Below the pieces are notes generated by a model. It did not search any database. It worked only from the letters and a program-made list of their open reading frames with translations, and had not been told where the DNA came from. DNA of 64,000 bases from Pyrodictiaceae archaeon (GTDB lineage Archaea; Thermoproteota; Thermoprotei_A; Sulfolobales; Pyrodictiaceae). Position 1 is the stretch's first letter; each line of letters begins with the position of its first letter. Where the stretch lies: assembly GCA_027036135.1 (NCBI GenBank), contig JALVSY010000016.1, forward strand, positions 288,001-352,000, given 5' to 3'. A program made the position numbers and the translations under genes. Shown here in pieces: positions 48,835 through 58,633 of this stretch.

Positions 48835-49509
48835 GTGGCGCGGATGCTAAGGCTACTAGTAGTCTCTGATGTACACGCAGTCATGAGGCATGTTAGAGCC
48901 TTGAGAGACGTTAAGAGAGACATAACCGTGGTTGCAGGGGACTTAGCCTCGTGTGGCTCATTAGAGGAGGCTAGAAGTGTGCTAGAGGAGCTAGTATCCC
49001 AGGGTCCCCCCGTTGTCTGGGTGCCAGGTAACTGTGATACGAGAGAGACACTAGACCTACGCCTTGACAACGCCTACCTGGTTCACGAGAGAGTAGTTGA
49101 GCTCGAGGGCCTAGTCTTCACGGGGCTCGGTGGCTCCATATACACGCCGTTCAATACGCCATTCGAGTATAGTGACGAGGAACTAGGAGCAAGACTGGCT
49201 CCTCTACTTGAGAAGATAGGAGAGGAGAAAATGGGATCCACAATCCTCGTAGTCCACAACCCGCCTTATAGGAGTGGCCTAGACCTAGTCCGAGGCGGCG
49301 AGTACGTCGGGAGCAAAAAGCTCAGAGAACTCGTAGCGAAGTATCAGCCACGCTTGCTCTTAACGGGGCATATACACGAGGCCTCCGGGGTCACTAACAT
49401 AGGAAGGACGCTCCTAGTAAACCCGGGTCCGCTCCAGAGAGGCCACTACGCCCTAGTGCTGATAGATGTTGAGAACAGCGTCTATGTTGCAAGGCTAAAG
49501 AAGCTCTAG
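48835..49509 (+). CDS. Metallophosphoesterase (calcineurin-like)
   Basis: SDVH, AGDL, PGNCD, HNPP, GHIHE, NPG. Confidence 0.9.
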   Translation: MARMLRLLVVSDVHAVMRHVRALRDVKRDITVVAGDLASCGSLEEARSVLEELVSQGPPVVWVPGNCDTRETLDLRLDNAYLVHERVVELEGLVFTGLGGSIYTPFNTPFEYSDEELGARLAPLLEKIGEEKMGSTILVVHNPPYRSGLDLVRGGEYVGSKKLRELVAKYQPRLLLTGHIHEASGVTNIGRTLLVNPGPLQRGHYALVLIDVENSVYVARLKKL

Positions 49510-49519
49510 GAGCAGTGAA

Positions 49520-49587
49520 GGGCCTCAGAAATCCCGGCCTTCTCCTCACAACTATTGCTCGGCGAAGAGCGCTCTCCTCATAGGCTC
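49520..49587 (-). ncRNA. Box C/D guide sRNA (candidate)
   Basis: C ATGAGGA (49581-49575), guide GAGCGCTCTTCG, D' CCGA, C' GTGAGGA, guide GAAGGCCGGGATTT, D CTGA (49528-49525), short GCC/GGC terminal stem. Confidence 0.75.
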
Positions 49588-49659
49588 CAATAAGCCGGGC
49601 AGAGGCGAGGGTAACTAATATAGTGTCTCTAGTCCTCCGCAGAGGCTGGGGGTAGGTTC

Positions 49660-49923
49660 ATGTCAACAGCGGGGCTCAAGGGGATAAACACTGTAGGCCA
49701 TAAGGGCTGGGTAACAGTCAAGTGCAGAATATGTGGCAAGAAGCTAGACCTAACACTCGACATAGTCTACGCTTGTCCATACTGCAAGGACAAGTATGAT
49801 GCATACTTCTGCGCAGCAGACGCTAAGCGGCTGCACTACAAGTGCCCCTTCTGCGGCAGACAGCTCGAACCCATAACGCCTTGGCTTAGAGCACAACAGC
49901 CACGCGGCAGAAGACCAAGATAA
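49660..49923 (+). CDS. Small Cys-rich zinc-finger protein
   Basis: CRIC, CPYC, C, CPFC; GGGGGT SD before ATG. Confidence 0.7.
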   Translation: MSTAGLKGINTVGHKGWVTVKCRICGKKLDLTLDIVYACPYCKDKYDAYFCAADAKRLHYKCPFCGRQLEPITPWLRAQQPRGRRPR

Positions 49924-50041
49924 TACGCGTTATTATTGTAAATATTGCTAGAATATTGTGTCTTTTTTTATCATAGTCACTAATAAGGCGTTTTCTGTAT
50001 AGCAGGCATCCCGTTAGGATAGTTTTTATGGGGACATCTAG

Positions 50042-50530
50042 GTGAGGAAGGAGAGGCCTAGCTTACCTGAGTTACCAGTTATTGAGGAGAAAGAGCTAGG
50101 CGTTAGGGAGTACTGGTATGAGACTTTTAGGAGAGTGCTCGTCATACCGCTGGCTAAGAAGAATTGTTACCTGCTCTCAATAGATGTATACAAGAGGCTA
50201 GAGCGCAATAGCACTATTAATCTAGTTTCCATAAGTGAACTCAGTGTACGGAGTAGCCATGTATCTCTACAATACTATGAGCTGGGCGAGGACTTAGCTA
50301 GAAGGGCTAGTATTCGTGGAGTCTCGCCGCTTTTGGCAGAGGTAGTAGCTGTTTCCTCTAACGACGGTCTCGAGATTAGTAATGTGAGGCTACAATATTG
50401 TGGACTTGATACAGTGCCAAGCTATGAGGAGGTAAGGAGTGTTTACAGAGAGGTTGTAAAGACGATAGAGGGTAGGGATCCCGAGCTAGAGCCTCTGGAC
50501 TCCATTCTCCGTAAAGATTCTAAACTATAG
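50042..50530 (+). CDS. Hypothetical protein
   Basis: 162-aa ORF with host-like codon style; no motif recognised. Confidence 0.55.
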   Translation: MRKERPSLPELPVIEEKELGVREYWYETFRRVLVIPLAKKNCYLLSIDVYKRLERNSTINLVSISELSVRSSHVSLQYYELGEDLARRASIRGVSPLLAEVVAVSSNDGLEISNVRLQYCGLDTVPSYEEVRSVYREVVKTIEGRDPELEPLDSILRKDSKL

Positions 50531-50647
50531 GCAGTTACGATGGGGGTTGAGGGTAATAAACTAGTTTCTGTCCCTACACTCAGTTTGGGGATTTTTGCCC
50601 CAGTTACTCATTTGAGATTGTAGCACTAATTGCCTTGGTGTAGTACT

Positions 50648-52471
50648 ATGCCTATGAGTTTCTCGATACTCGCTGAGACATTTGAGAAGCTAGAGAGGGT
50701 TACTGCAAGGACACAGATGCTTCTATACCTTGTAGAGTTGTTTAAAAAGACGCCAGCTGACGTGATAGACAAGGTTGTCTATATTCTACAGGGTAAGCTG
50801 TGGCCTGATTGGAAGGGATTACCAGAGCTAGGTGTCGGCGAGAAACTATTGATCAAGGCTGCATCTATTGCTCTCCAGGTGCCTGAGCGGGAAATCGAGC
50901 AATTGGCTAAGAAGCTAGGCGATATAGGCAAGGCCATAGAGAAGATTAAGTCGGAGAAGGCTCAGAAACAACAAGCAGTAGGGCTACTCGCCTTCATGAA
51001 GAAGCCCGCTGGAGGCGCTGGTCTCACTGTTGAGAAGGTCTACGACACGTTAGCCAAGGTCGCTCTTGCGCAGGGCGAGGGAAGTAGGGATATAAAGTTA
51101 AAGCTCCTAGCAGGCCTCCTCGCTGAAGCATCTCCTAAGGAGGCAAAGTACATCGCTCGCTTCGTTGAGGGAAGGCTCCGCCTAGGCGTCGGCGACGCCA
51201 CGATAATGGAGGCGTTAGCAGTCGTATTCGGTGGAAGCGCGGCTATGAGGAATATCATAGAGAGGGCGTACAACCTCCGCGCAGACCTCGGAATGATAGC
51301 AAAGATACTCGCTACCCAGGGCATAGAGGCGCTTAAGGGAATCAAGCCGGAAGTAGGTATACCCATTAGGCCAATGCTCGCCGAGCGACTAAACAACCCC
51401 GAGGAAATACTCAAGAAGCTCGGCGGACGCGCGCTCGTGGAGTACAAGTATGATGGTGAGAGGGCGCAGATTCACAAGAAGGGTGACAAGGTCTGGATAT
51501 ACTCGAGGAGACTAGAAAACATAACCCACATGTACCCGGATGTTGTTGAGATGGCGAAGAAGTGGATAAAGGCCGAGGAGGCAATAGTTGAGGGAGAAAT
51601 AGTAGCCATAAACCCCGAGACCGGTGAGCTGAGACCGTTCCAGGTACTGATGAGGCGTAGGCGCAAACATGATGTCCATGTATACTTGTCTGAGATACCC
51701 GTAGCAGTCTTTCTCTTTGACTGCCTATACAACAATGGCGAGGACTTAACCGTTAAGCCTCTCCCCGTGCGTCACGAGACGCTCGAAAAGATAATAGATA
51801 GACAAGAGACATGGCGCCTAGCAGAGGGAATAGTCACCAATAGCGCTGAGGAACTTGAGAAGTTCTTCCTAAAAGCGATAGAGGATGGCGCGGAAGGCGT
51901 AATGGCTAAAGCTGTCCATGACAAGAGCATTTACCAAGCCGGTGCCAGGGGATGGCTCTGGATAAAGTACAAGCGAGACTATAAGTCGGAGATGACAGAC
52001 ACAGTTGACCTAGTAGTAATAGGGGCATTCTACGGCAGGGGTCGCCGTGGAGGAAAGTTCGGAGCCCTCCTAATGGCTGCCTACGACCCAGACACAGATA
52101 CCTTCAAAAGCGTATGCAAAGTGGGAAGCGGCTTCACCGATGAAGACCTTGAACGACTCGATGACATGCTAAAACCCTATATAACTGATCACAAGCCAGC
52201 ACGCGTAGATAGCCAAATGAAGCCAGACGTATGGGTAGAGCCAGCACTCGTCGCCGAGATAATAGGTGCAGAGCTAACCCTAAGCCCAATACACACGTGC
52301 TGCTACGGCTGGGCAAAACCGGGAGCAGGTATCTCGATAAGATTCCCGCGCTTCATAAGATGGAGACCAGATAAGGGACCCGAAGACGCCACGACAACAA
52401 AGGAGCTCTTCGAGATGTACAAGCGGCAGCTAAGAAGAGTAAAAGAAGAGGCAAGCCACGAAGCAGCATAG
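50648..52471 (+). CDS. lig: ATP-dependent DNA ligase
   Basis: RPMLA, EYKYDGERAQIH, EGEIV, EGVMAK, WIKYKRDY, SIRFPRF; ATG 50648 preferred. Confidence 0.97.
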   Translation: MPMSFSILAETFEKLERVTARTQMLLYLVELFKKTPADVIDKVVYILQGKLWPDWKGLPELGVGEKLLIKAASIALQVPEREIEQLAKKLGDIGKAIEKIKSEKAQKQQAVGLLAFMKKPAGGAGLTVEKVYDTLAKVALAQGEGSRDIKLKLLAGLLAEASPKEAKYIARFVEGRLRLGVGDATIMEALAVVFGGSAAMRNIIERAYNLRADLGMIAKILATQGIEALKGIKPEVGIPIRPMLAERLNNPEEILKKLGGRALVEYKYDGERAQIHKKGDKVWIYSRRLENITHMYPDVVEMAKKWIKAEEAIVEGEIVAINPETGELRPFQVLMRRRRKHDVHVYLSEIPVAVFLFDCLYNNGEDLTVKPLPVRHETLEKIIDRQETWRLAEGIVTNSAEELEKFFLKAIEDGAEGVMAKAVHDKSIYQAGARGWLWIKYKRDYKSEMTDTVDLVVIGAFYGRGRRGGKFGALLMAAYDPDTDTFKSVCKVGSGFTDEDLERLDDMLKPYITDHKPARVDSQMKPDVWVEPALVAEIIGAELTLSPIHTCCYGWAKPGAGISIRFPRFIRWRPDKGPEDATTTKELFEMYKRQLRRVKEEASHEAA

Positions 52472-52520
52472 CCCCTGGTCTTTTCACAATAAAAAGGGCT
52501 TCCCTGCTAACAGAGAGATC

Positions 52521-52594
52521 GGCCGTGAGGACTACCCGGCAAGTAGGAACCCTCGCTCACGGGGGTTATGACTGTTCAGAGTTTCGCCGAGCCT
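52521..52594 (+). ncRNA. Box C/D guide sRNA (candidate)
   Basis: C GTGAGGA (52525-31), guide CTACCCGGCAAG, degenerate D', hairpin, C' TTATGA, guide CTGTTCAGAGTTTCG, D CCGA (52587-90), GGC/GCC stem. Confidence 0.6.
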
Positions 52595-52718
52595 TCACCT
52601 CCTCGGCTCCTCCTAGACTTTTATTAGTTCTCGAGAGAAAGGAGTAACCAGAGACAAGGGGGCTATGAAGAGGGATCCCGGTTATCGCGGGGTAAGACCG
52701 AACCCGCCAAAAAGGAGT

Positions 52719-54257
52719 TCATCGGCGGGGATGTTGCGGGGCCGGCGCTCCTGAGCCCTTCTCTTTTCCCAGAAGAGCACCTAGGAGTTTACGGGGCCGA
52801 AGAGTTCCAATTACTCTTCCCTCGTCGTCGATAACGGCTATTATTGGCTCAGTTATTAGTGAGACATCGGTTAGAACCTCTTGTAATGTCTTGTCCTTAT
52901 GTACAATGGGGACTTCTTTTCTTAGGAAGAAGCGCAGCGGGATATTGCGTAGAAGCGAGGGATCCACCTCAACAAAGTCCCTGGCGGTTACGTATCCGAC
53001 AGGTCGTAGGTTATCGTCAACAACTACTAGTGCTCCTTTCTCTGCTACAAGTCTGGCTGCCTCCTCGGCAGGCATATCTATGTGTGCAATGTCCGTGTCT
53101 AGTTCTAGGTCTACTACGCGGTACCTTAGCTTCTCCGGGCGATGCACATGCATCGAGGCTGACTCAAGGGACGCAACTATTACTGACAAGATTATGGCGA
53201 AGAGCGAGATAGTGTATAGTTCGTATCCTATATGTCCGTCCTGGAGCAAGGAGAGGAGAAGGGCTGCATCAACGCCGCCCTTAGCGAGATAGGTTAGTCC
53301 TTGTAGAGGCCTTAACCCTTGGAGGCGTGCTACGAGTACCCTCGGTAGGGCTGCTAGAGCGAAGAGGAGCAGAGAGAGAGCTAGGCCGCTAAGCGTTATC
53401 CCTGTAGCATATACGCCTATGCCTATGAAGAATAGTGGCTCTAGGAACCCATAGGTAAAGGCGCTTATACGTTCAAGGTATAGTGGGCGCTCCTCTAGGT
53501 ACTCTGAGAGAAACATTCCGAGAAGTAATGCTGTTACAGCGGCATTGAAGCCTATTGCCTCAGCTATGTAGCCGGTCATCAAGACTAGGGCAACTATCAT
53601 CGCGAATGGTGCTTCCCTGACAGCGAGGTATCGCTCAATAAGGTGGAATAGTAGTGTGAGATAGTGGCGCCCAACAAGGAATATAAAGACAACGAATACG
53701 GCCGATAACGCGAGTTGCCATGCAAGATTCTCGCCCGCGACCAGGGCGTTAAATACAACAAGGCCCTCGACTTCTACAAGGAGCCCGATGCGCATTATGC
53801 TTAGCTCTTTCTCGCCAACATCCTCTCGGCCAAGAACTATCTTTGCGAGAGGCCCCGAGCTTATAAGACCAAGGACAACGCCGAGCGCAAGGGACTCCCT
53901 CCATCCAGGCACAAACCCTAATAGCTTAACGGCGAACGCGACTAAGATACTTGATAAGGACAGCATTATCGCGGAATAAGCCAGTTCACTTCTACTAGGT
54001 ACCAGGAGCGCGGGATTAGATAATTCCTCAACACCTGCAAGGAACAGCGTGAAATTAATACCGATGACGAGCAAGAGGAGTGCGGGATTAAGGTCGTTTG
54101 GTGTTACTATGCCAGCTACTGCCCCGCTTATTAGCAAACCCATTATCACAGAGCCAAGGAATCCTGGGAGACGTAGACGAATAGTAGCCTCCTCACCTAT
54201 CTTTGATAAGAATAGTAGCAAGCCTATCAGTACAGCAGCTCTCACAGTCTCATTCAA
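52719..54257 (-). CDS. Cation:proton antiporter (CPA2-like) with C-terminal CBS pair
   Basis: Multi-TM; LFLAGVE, GFLEPLFFIGIG, CBS-like VVVDD...VG.VT.RD. Confidence 0.85.
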   Translation of the reverse strand: MNETVRAAVLIGLLLFLSKIGEEATIRLRLPGFLGSVIMGLLISGAVAGIVTPNDLNPALLLLVIGINFTLFLAGVEELSNPALLVPSRSELAYSAIMLSLSSILVAFAVKLLGFVPGWRESLALGVVLGLISSGPLAKIVLGREDVGEKELSIMRIGLLVEVEGLVVFNALVAGENLAWQLALSAVFVVFIFLVGRHYLTLLFHLIERYLAVREAPFAMIVALVLMTGYIAEAIGFNAAVTALLLGMFLSEYLEERPLYLERISAFTYGFLEPLFFIGIGVYATGITLSGLALSLLLFALAALPRVLVARLQGLRPLQGLTYLAKGGVDAALLLSLLQDGHIGYELYTISLFAIILSVIVASLESASMHVHRPEKLRYRVVDLELDTDIAHIDMPAEEAARLVAEKGALVVVDDNLRPVGYVTARDFVEVDPSLLRNIPLRFFLRKEVPIVHKDKTLQEVLTDVSLITEPIIAVIDDEGRVIGTLRPRKLLGALLGKEKGSGAPAPQHPRR

Positions 54258-54420
54258 TACCTATCCCCGGATCTTCTTGGAACCAAGTAGTCGGCGAGCA
54301 TGGAGCTAGGTTAGAGAATACCTACTGAGGAGTATGGAGCAGCAATGCAAGCCCTGGCGCTGTTTTTAAAATGTTAGCGTAGCTTGCACTAAGCTCTTTT
54401 GAGCCGCCGGAACCCTCAGA

Positions 54421-54924
54421 TTACATAAAGATGTTAGACTGCTTAGACTCCTCTATCTCTACGAGCGGGAATTCCTGCCAAAGGATTGTATTAACGACTA
54501 GGAACACGTTAACAAGTCTTGCGGCTTCATCGACTAGTCGCTGCCTATTCAGAGCCTCTCTCGAGACCAGTACCTCAGCCACAATAGCCGTCGGGTTTAG
54601 TAGGCTCTCTCTTAGAGCTACGCGGCAATATGGACAGACCTCAAGTATAGACTTAAGGATTCTCGCTGATAGCTTAACGCGCTCCGCCGGTTTAAGCCCT
54701 TTAATCTCCTCTACGTGCTTCTCGGAGAAGTTCACTCCAACACCTACTATTACATCGCCATTCTTGAGGCCCAAGAGGCGCAGCTTTATCTGTAGTGGAG
54801 GAGGTGTTGATACGAGAAGCCCCCAGGAAGCGTTTGAGGGTAGAGGGGCGCTTAGGGGTGCTACGAGGAACCCGGATTCGCCTAACCATTTAGCAACTGT
54901 GTCTTGGTTAGCTGCCTTGCTCAA
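54421..54924 (-). CDS. DUF2299-like conserved archaeal protein
   Basis: V.KWL.E.G, TPP, GV.FS..H motif pattern. Confidence 0.6.
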   Translation of the reverse strand: MSKAANQDTVAKWLGESGFLVAPLSAPLPSNASWGLLVSTPPPLQIKLRLLGLKNGDVIVGVGVNFSEKHVEEIKGLKPAERVKLSARILKSILEVCPYCRVALRESLLNPTAIVAEVLVSREALNRQRLVDEAARLVNVFLVVNTILWQEFPLVEIEESKQSNIFM

Positions 54925-55076
54925 TACAATACTACACCCCTGTTCCTAGGAGCTAACTAGTAGGATATTATTCCTTGCCTTAGCGTTTTAGACCAGTCTG
55001 GGCGCTCTTTTATATACCTGGTTCAACAGTATTACTATCTAGGAGGAAAATACACAGACCTCGGTGGTGAATAATT

Positions 55077-55847
55077 ATGCCCATAGAGCGTGTTAAAACG
55101 GGTATTCCCGGGCTAGACGAGATACTCTACGGAGGCATACCAAGGAGGAACGTTGTCCTAATAAGCGGTGGCCCTGGTACCGGGAAGACGATCATGAGCC
55201 AGCAATATCTATGGAATGGGCTACAGCTAGGCGAGCCAGGAGTATACGTGGCGCTCGAGGAGCACCCAGTACAAGTGAGGATAAACATGGCTCAGTTCGG
55301 CTGGGATGTGCGCCCCTACGAGCGCGAGGGAACATTCGCGATAGTCGATGCCTTCACGGGCGGGATAGGCGAGGCAGCAAAGCGCGAGAAATACGTAGTA
55401 AGGGATCCAACAGACGTGGGCTTGCTCATAGACGTGTTAAAGGAAGCCATAAGGGATACGGGTGCACAGAGAGTAGCAATAGACTCGGTATCAACACTCT
55501 ATCTGACAAAGCCGAGCGTAGCTAGAAGTGTCGTAATGATGCTCAAGAGGGTGCTAAGCGGCCTCGGCACGACCAGCTTCCTAGTAAGCCAGGTCAGCGT
55601 AACCGAGCGAGGATTCGGAGGCCCAGGCGTAGAACATGCAGCAGATGGTATCATTAGGTTAGACCTAGACGAGATAGATGGCGAGCTCAAGAGAAGCCTC
55701 ATAGTATGGAAGATGAGGGGAACAAAACATAGCATGAGAAGGCATCCATTCGAGATAACCGATAAAGGCATCATAATCTACCACAACAAAGTGCTAAGAG
55801 TAACAAGGAGAGGCGTGGTAGAAGAAGCACTAACATCCACGGAGTAA
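55077..55847 (+). CDS. KaiC-like RecA-superfamily ATPase (single domain)
   Basis: [46 protein letters not shown]. Confidence 0.92.
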   Translation: MPIERVKTGIPGLDEILYGGIPRRNVVLISGGPGTGKTIMSQQYLWNGLQLGEPGVYVALEEHPVQVRINMAQFGWDVRPYEREGTFAIVDAFTGGIGEAAKREKYVVRDPTDVGLLIDVLKEAIRDTGAQRVAIDSVSTLYLTKPSVARSVVMMLKRVLSGLGTTSFLVSQVSVTERGFGGPGVEHAADGIIRLDLDEIDGELKRSLIVWKMRGTKHSMRRHPFEITDKGIIIYHNKVLRVTRRGVVEEALTSTE

Positions 55848-55860
55848 CGATCGAGGACAA

Positions 55861-55963
55861 GTGGCGGCTTCGGCACGGCTCTTCATCAGCACCCCGCAGC
55901 CCCTAGGGAACTAAGCGTGAGGCTGCGGTATCGTCGTCGCAGGCGATCCACATCGCCGCCAAC
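55861..55963. ncRNA. Structured intergenic element, candidate sRNA (strand uncertain, minus favoured)
   Basis: Closing helix TGGCGGC/GCCGCCA, inner helices CCGCAGCC/GGCTGCGG and GGCGAT/ATCGCC; minus strand has CTGATGA and CCGA. Confidence 0.4.
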
Positions 55964-56023
55964 TAGTGATTTCCCCTAGCTCCACAGTTTTTATCTATCG
56001 CTAAGCAGTATTAGGAGCATGTC

Positions 56024-56548
56024 TTGGTAGCCGAGATGTCTAGTGAGGAAACGGTAGCCGAGAGTAGGGCCAGTTGTAGAGAAGTATTGCTTAACGCGGA
56101 GCTAGGTCTCTCAAGACACAGCGTGATGGCAGCAGCTATACTTAGCGGATTCTCAACGTTTATCCCAGGAATATTAGTCAACTTCGGTGTCTCCATCCAG
56201 CTTGGTGTAAAGCTCTTCCTCATCCTCTATACTATCAGCTTGCCAGCAGTAATAGCCGCGCTATATGAGCTATACAGCTTCACTAAGAGAGTAACTAGCC
56301 TCTGTAACGCGCCCAGAATAGACCCTGTATCCTTTATCATAGGAGTATTCCCGCTCGGCTTCATAGCATCACTCTATTACGTGGAATCGCTCCTAGCAAA
56401 CTACTGCGAGAAACTAAGAGGCAAGATACGCACAAGCATGGTTGACTTGTTTATCAACATTATTGTGCTAGGGCTCCACGTCATAATATTTGCGAGAATA
56501 TTTAACTATATTATTGATAATATAGTTCCCCAGCTCTGTAGCGAGTAG
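56024..56548 (+). CDS. Hypothetical membrane protein
   Basis: About four hydrophobic segments. Confidence 0.55.
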   Translation: MVAEMSSEETVAESRASCREVLLNAELGLSRHSVMAAAILSGFSTFIPGILVNFGVSIQLGVKLFLILYTISLPAVIAALYELYSFTKRVTSLCNAPRIDPVSFIIGVFPLGFIASLYYVESLLANYCEKLRGKIRTSMVDLFINIIVLGLHVIIFARIFNYIIDNIVPQLCSE

Positions 56549-57275
56549 CGCTACATGAGTCGCGTAATGGGCAGCTACGGCACCACGGCCCAGGCTCAAC
56601 ACGCTCTTCTCGATCACTGCGCCAATAAGCGAGAAGAGGCGCCAGGGTTTCCTCCTCAACACCCTCGTCATGGGCTAGTAAATGAATGGTATAGCTATAC
56701 GATCTTGGTGGAAGCGATGCACCGGCTCGAAGCCATTTATGGACGCTCTTAATAGCCTCTACTAGGTGTTGATTATCCCTAGCAGCTACTAGTACTAGCC
56801 GAGTTCTAGACCCAAGCGGAAGCCCTGCCCTAGATGCAAGCAAGCCGTATGCATATAGCTTCACGCGGTCACTAAGGTAGAGTCTCTCGGGCCTTCTCGT
56901 CTTTTTCCCGATAACAATTGCTTGCACGAAACCCTTTATGAAAACAATGCTATGCGGTCTACCAATTACCGGGACGCCTTGAATAATCGTGGCAAGTGGT
57001 ACATCTAACGAAAAATACTCAGGCAATGCCCTTGGTAGCTTTTTCTTCGTGTTAAGAATTATTTTTACAAGCTCCTTAACCTCATTGGATATAGGTTTAT
57101 GCGGCGAGGATAAGAGCTCGTGTATCGCCTTCCGCTCACAGAGCGTCTGCGAGGCAAGTATTGAGGGCGTTATATAGGGTAGCCCGTGCCGGAGGCAACA
57201 ATACTCGCCCCTACTAATAGCTTCTAGGAGTAAGCGCTGCTCCTCAAGCCTTGCTAGCAGATCCTCACTCATCAC
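56511..57275 (-). CDS. Solo Cas4-like PD-(D/E)xK protein with Fe-S Cys motif, catalytic motifs altered
   Basis: ITPS...Q..CERK, IGRPH (cf. GxxD), VIGKK (cf. ExK), KLYAY (cf. QxxxY), C-terminal WCRSCPLRDSC. Confidence 0.7.
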   Translation of the reverse strand: MMSEDLLARLEEQRLLLEAISRGEYCCLRHGLPYITPSILASQTLCERKAIHELLSSPHKPISNEVKELVKIILNTKKKLPRALPEYFSLDVPLATIIQGVPVIGRPHSIVFIKGFVQAIVIGKKTRRPERLYLSDRVKLYAYGLLASRAGLPLGSRTRLVLVAARDNQHLVEAIKSVHKWLRAGASLPPRSYSYTIHLLAHDEGVEEETLAPLLAYWRSDREERVEPGPWCRSCPLRDSCSATRYRAGELYYQ

Positions 57276-57400
57276 TTATGCGCCTAGAGAGCTTCTCTCG
57301 TGGTATTACAATTTACCGGTTTACCCAGGAGCCCTCTCCTTAAATGGAGCACTAGTTATTAAGCCTCAATGCTTAACGCTATAGACCTGGATGGTGTGAG

Positions 57401-58633
57401 ATGCCGTCACGCATCACGGATTATACCAAGTATTTCTCGGACCTAGCAAAATCGATAAAGGCCTCTGATGTGCGCGAGCTCCTAAAGATAGTTGAGCAGG
57501 GTGGAGTAATAAGTCTCGCAGGTGGCTTACCTGACCCAAGGACTTTCCCTAAGAAGGAGATATCGGAGATAGCGGTTGAGGTTATTGAGAAGCATGGTGA
57601 CAAAGCCCTCCAGTATGCCCCCACGAAGGGGGTAAGATTCTTCATAGAGACCGTGAAAGAGTTCTCAGAGAGGCATGGTGTTAAAGTAAACCCTGATGAC
57701 GATGTAATAGTTACTACGGGTAGTCAGCAGGCACTATACCTTGTCGCAAGGACCTTCCTAAACCCAGGCGACTACATAGTAACAGAGGAGCCAACATACC
57801 TAGGCATGCTCAGTGCACTACAAGGCCTCGGCGTGAACTTCATAACTGTTCCGATAGACGAGGATGGTATGAGAACCGATATCCTAGAGGAGAAGCTAAG
57901 GGAGGCAAAGAGCCAAGGAATAAAGCCAAAGATGATCTATACGATACCGACTAGCCATAACCCAGGAGGAACCACGCTGCCAATGGATAGGAGGAAGCAC
58001 TTAATGGAGCTAGCCGAGGAGTACGATCTCATAGTGTTTGAGGACGATCCATACGGCTTCATAACGTTTGAGGAGAGAGATGTAAAGCCGCTCAAGACGC
58101 TAGATGAGAGCGGTAGGGTGGTTTACACTAGTACGATAAGCAAGATACTCTCGCCTGGTATGAGGGTAGGCTGGGTAATAGCCCATAAGGATATTGTGGC
58201 AAAGATAGAGCTAGTCAAGCAGGGCGTAGACTTACACACTCCCTCATTTACACAGTACATAGCAGCTGAGGCAATGAGGAAAGGCATCATTGATAAAAGA
58301 ATACCGTTCATAAAACAGCTCTACCGCGAGAAGAGAGACGCTATGATAGGCGCGCTCCAGGACTACATGCCGGAGGGGGTTAGGTGGACAAGGCCGATAG
58401 GCGGGATGTTCATCTGGGTATGGCTCCCCGAGGACATCAATAGTAGAGAGATGCTAACCATAGCCATTCGGAAAGGCGTAGCATATGTGCCAGGTGATGC
58501 TTTCTACCCTAGAGGAGGCGGCCACAATACGATGAGGCTGAACTTCAGCTACCCAAGCATCGAGGAGATTAGGGAGGGAGTAAAGAGGATAGCTGAGTCA
58601 ATAAAGGAGTACCGAGAGTCTAAGAAGAGCTAG
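57401..58633 (+). CDS. PLP-dependent aminotransferase class I/II (LysN/ARO8-like)
   Basis: ISLAGGLP, TTGSQQAL, HNPGG, EDDPY, SKILSPGMRVGW, RLNFS. Confidence 0.93.
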   Translation: MPSRITDYTKYFSDLAKSIKASDVRELLKIVEQGGVISLAGGLPDPRTFPKKEISEIAVEVIEKHGDKALQYAPTKGVRFFIETVKEFSERHGVKVNPDDDVIVTTGSQQALYLVARTFLNPGDYIVTEEPTYLGMLSALQGLGVNFITVPIDEDGMRTDILEEKLREAKSQGIKPKMIYTIPTSHNPGGTTLPMDRRKHLMELAEEYDLIVFEDDPYGFITFEERDVKPLKTLDESGRVVYTSTISKILSPGMRVGWVIAHKDIVAKIELVKQGVDLHTPSFTQYIAAEAMRKGIIDKRIPFIKQLYREKRDAMIGALQDYMPEGVRWTRPIGGMFIWVWLPEDINSREMLTIAIRKGVAYVPGDAFYPRGGGHNTMRLNFSYPSIEEIREGVKRIAESIKEYRESKKS

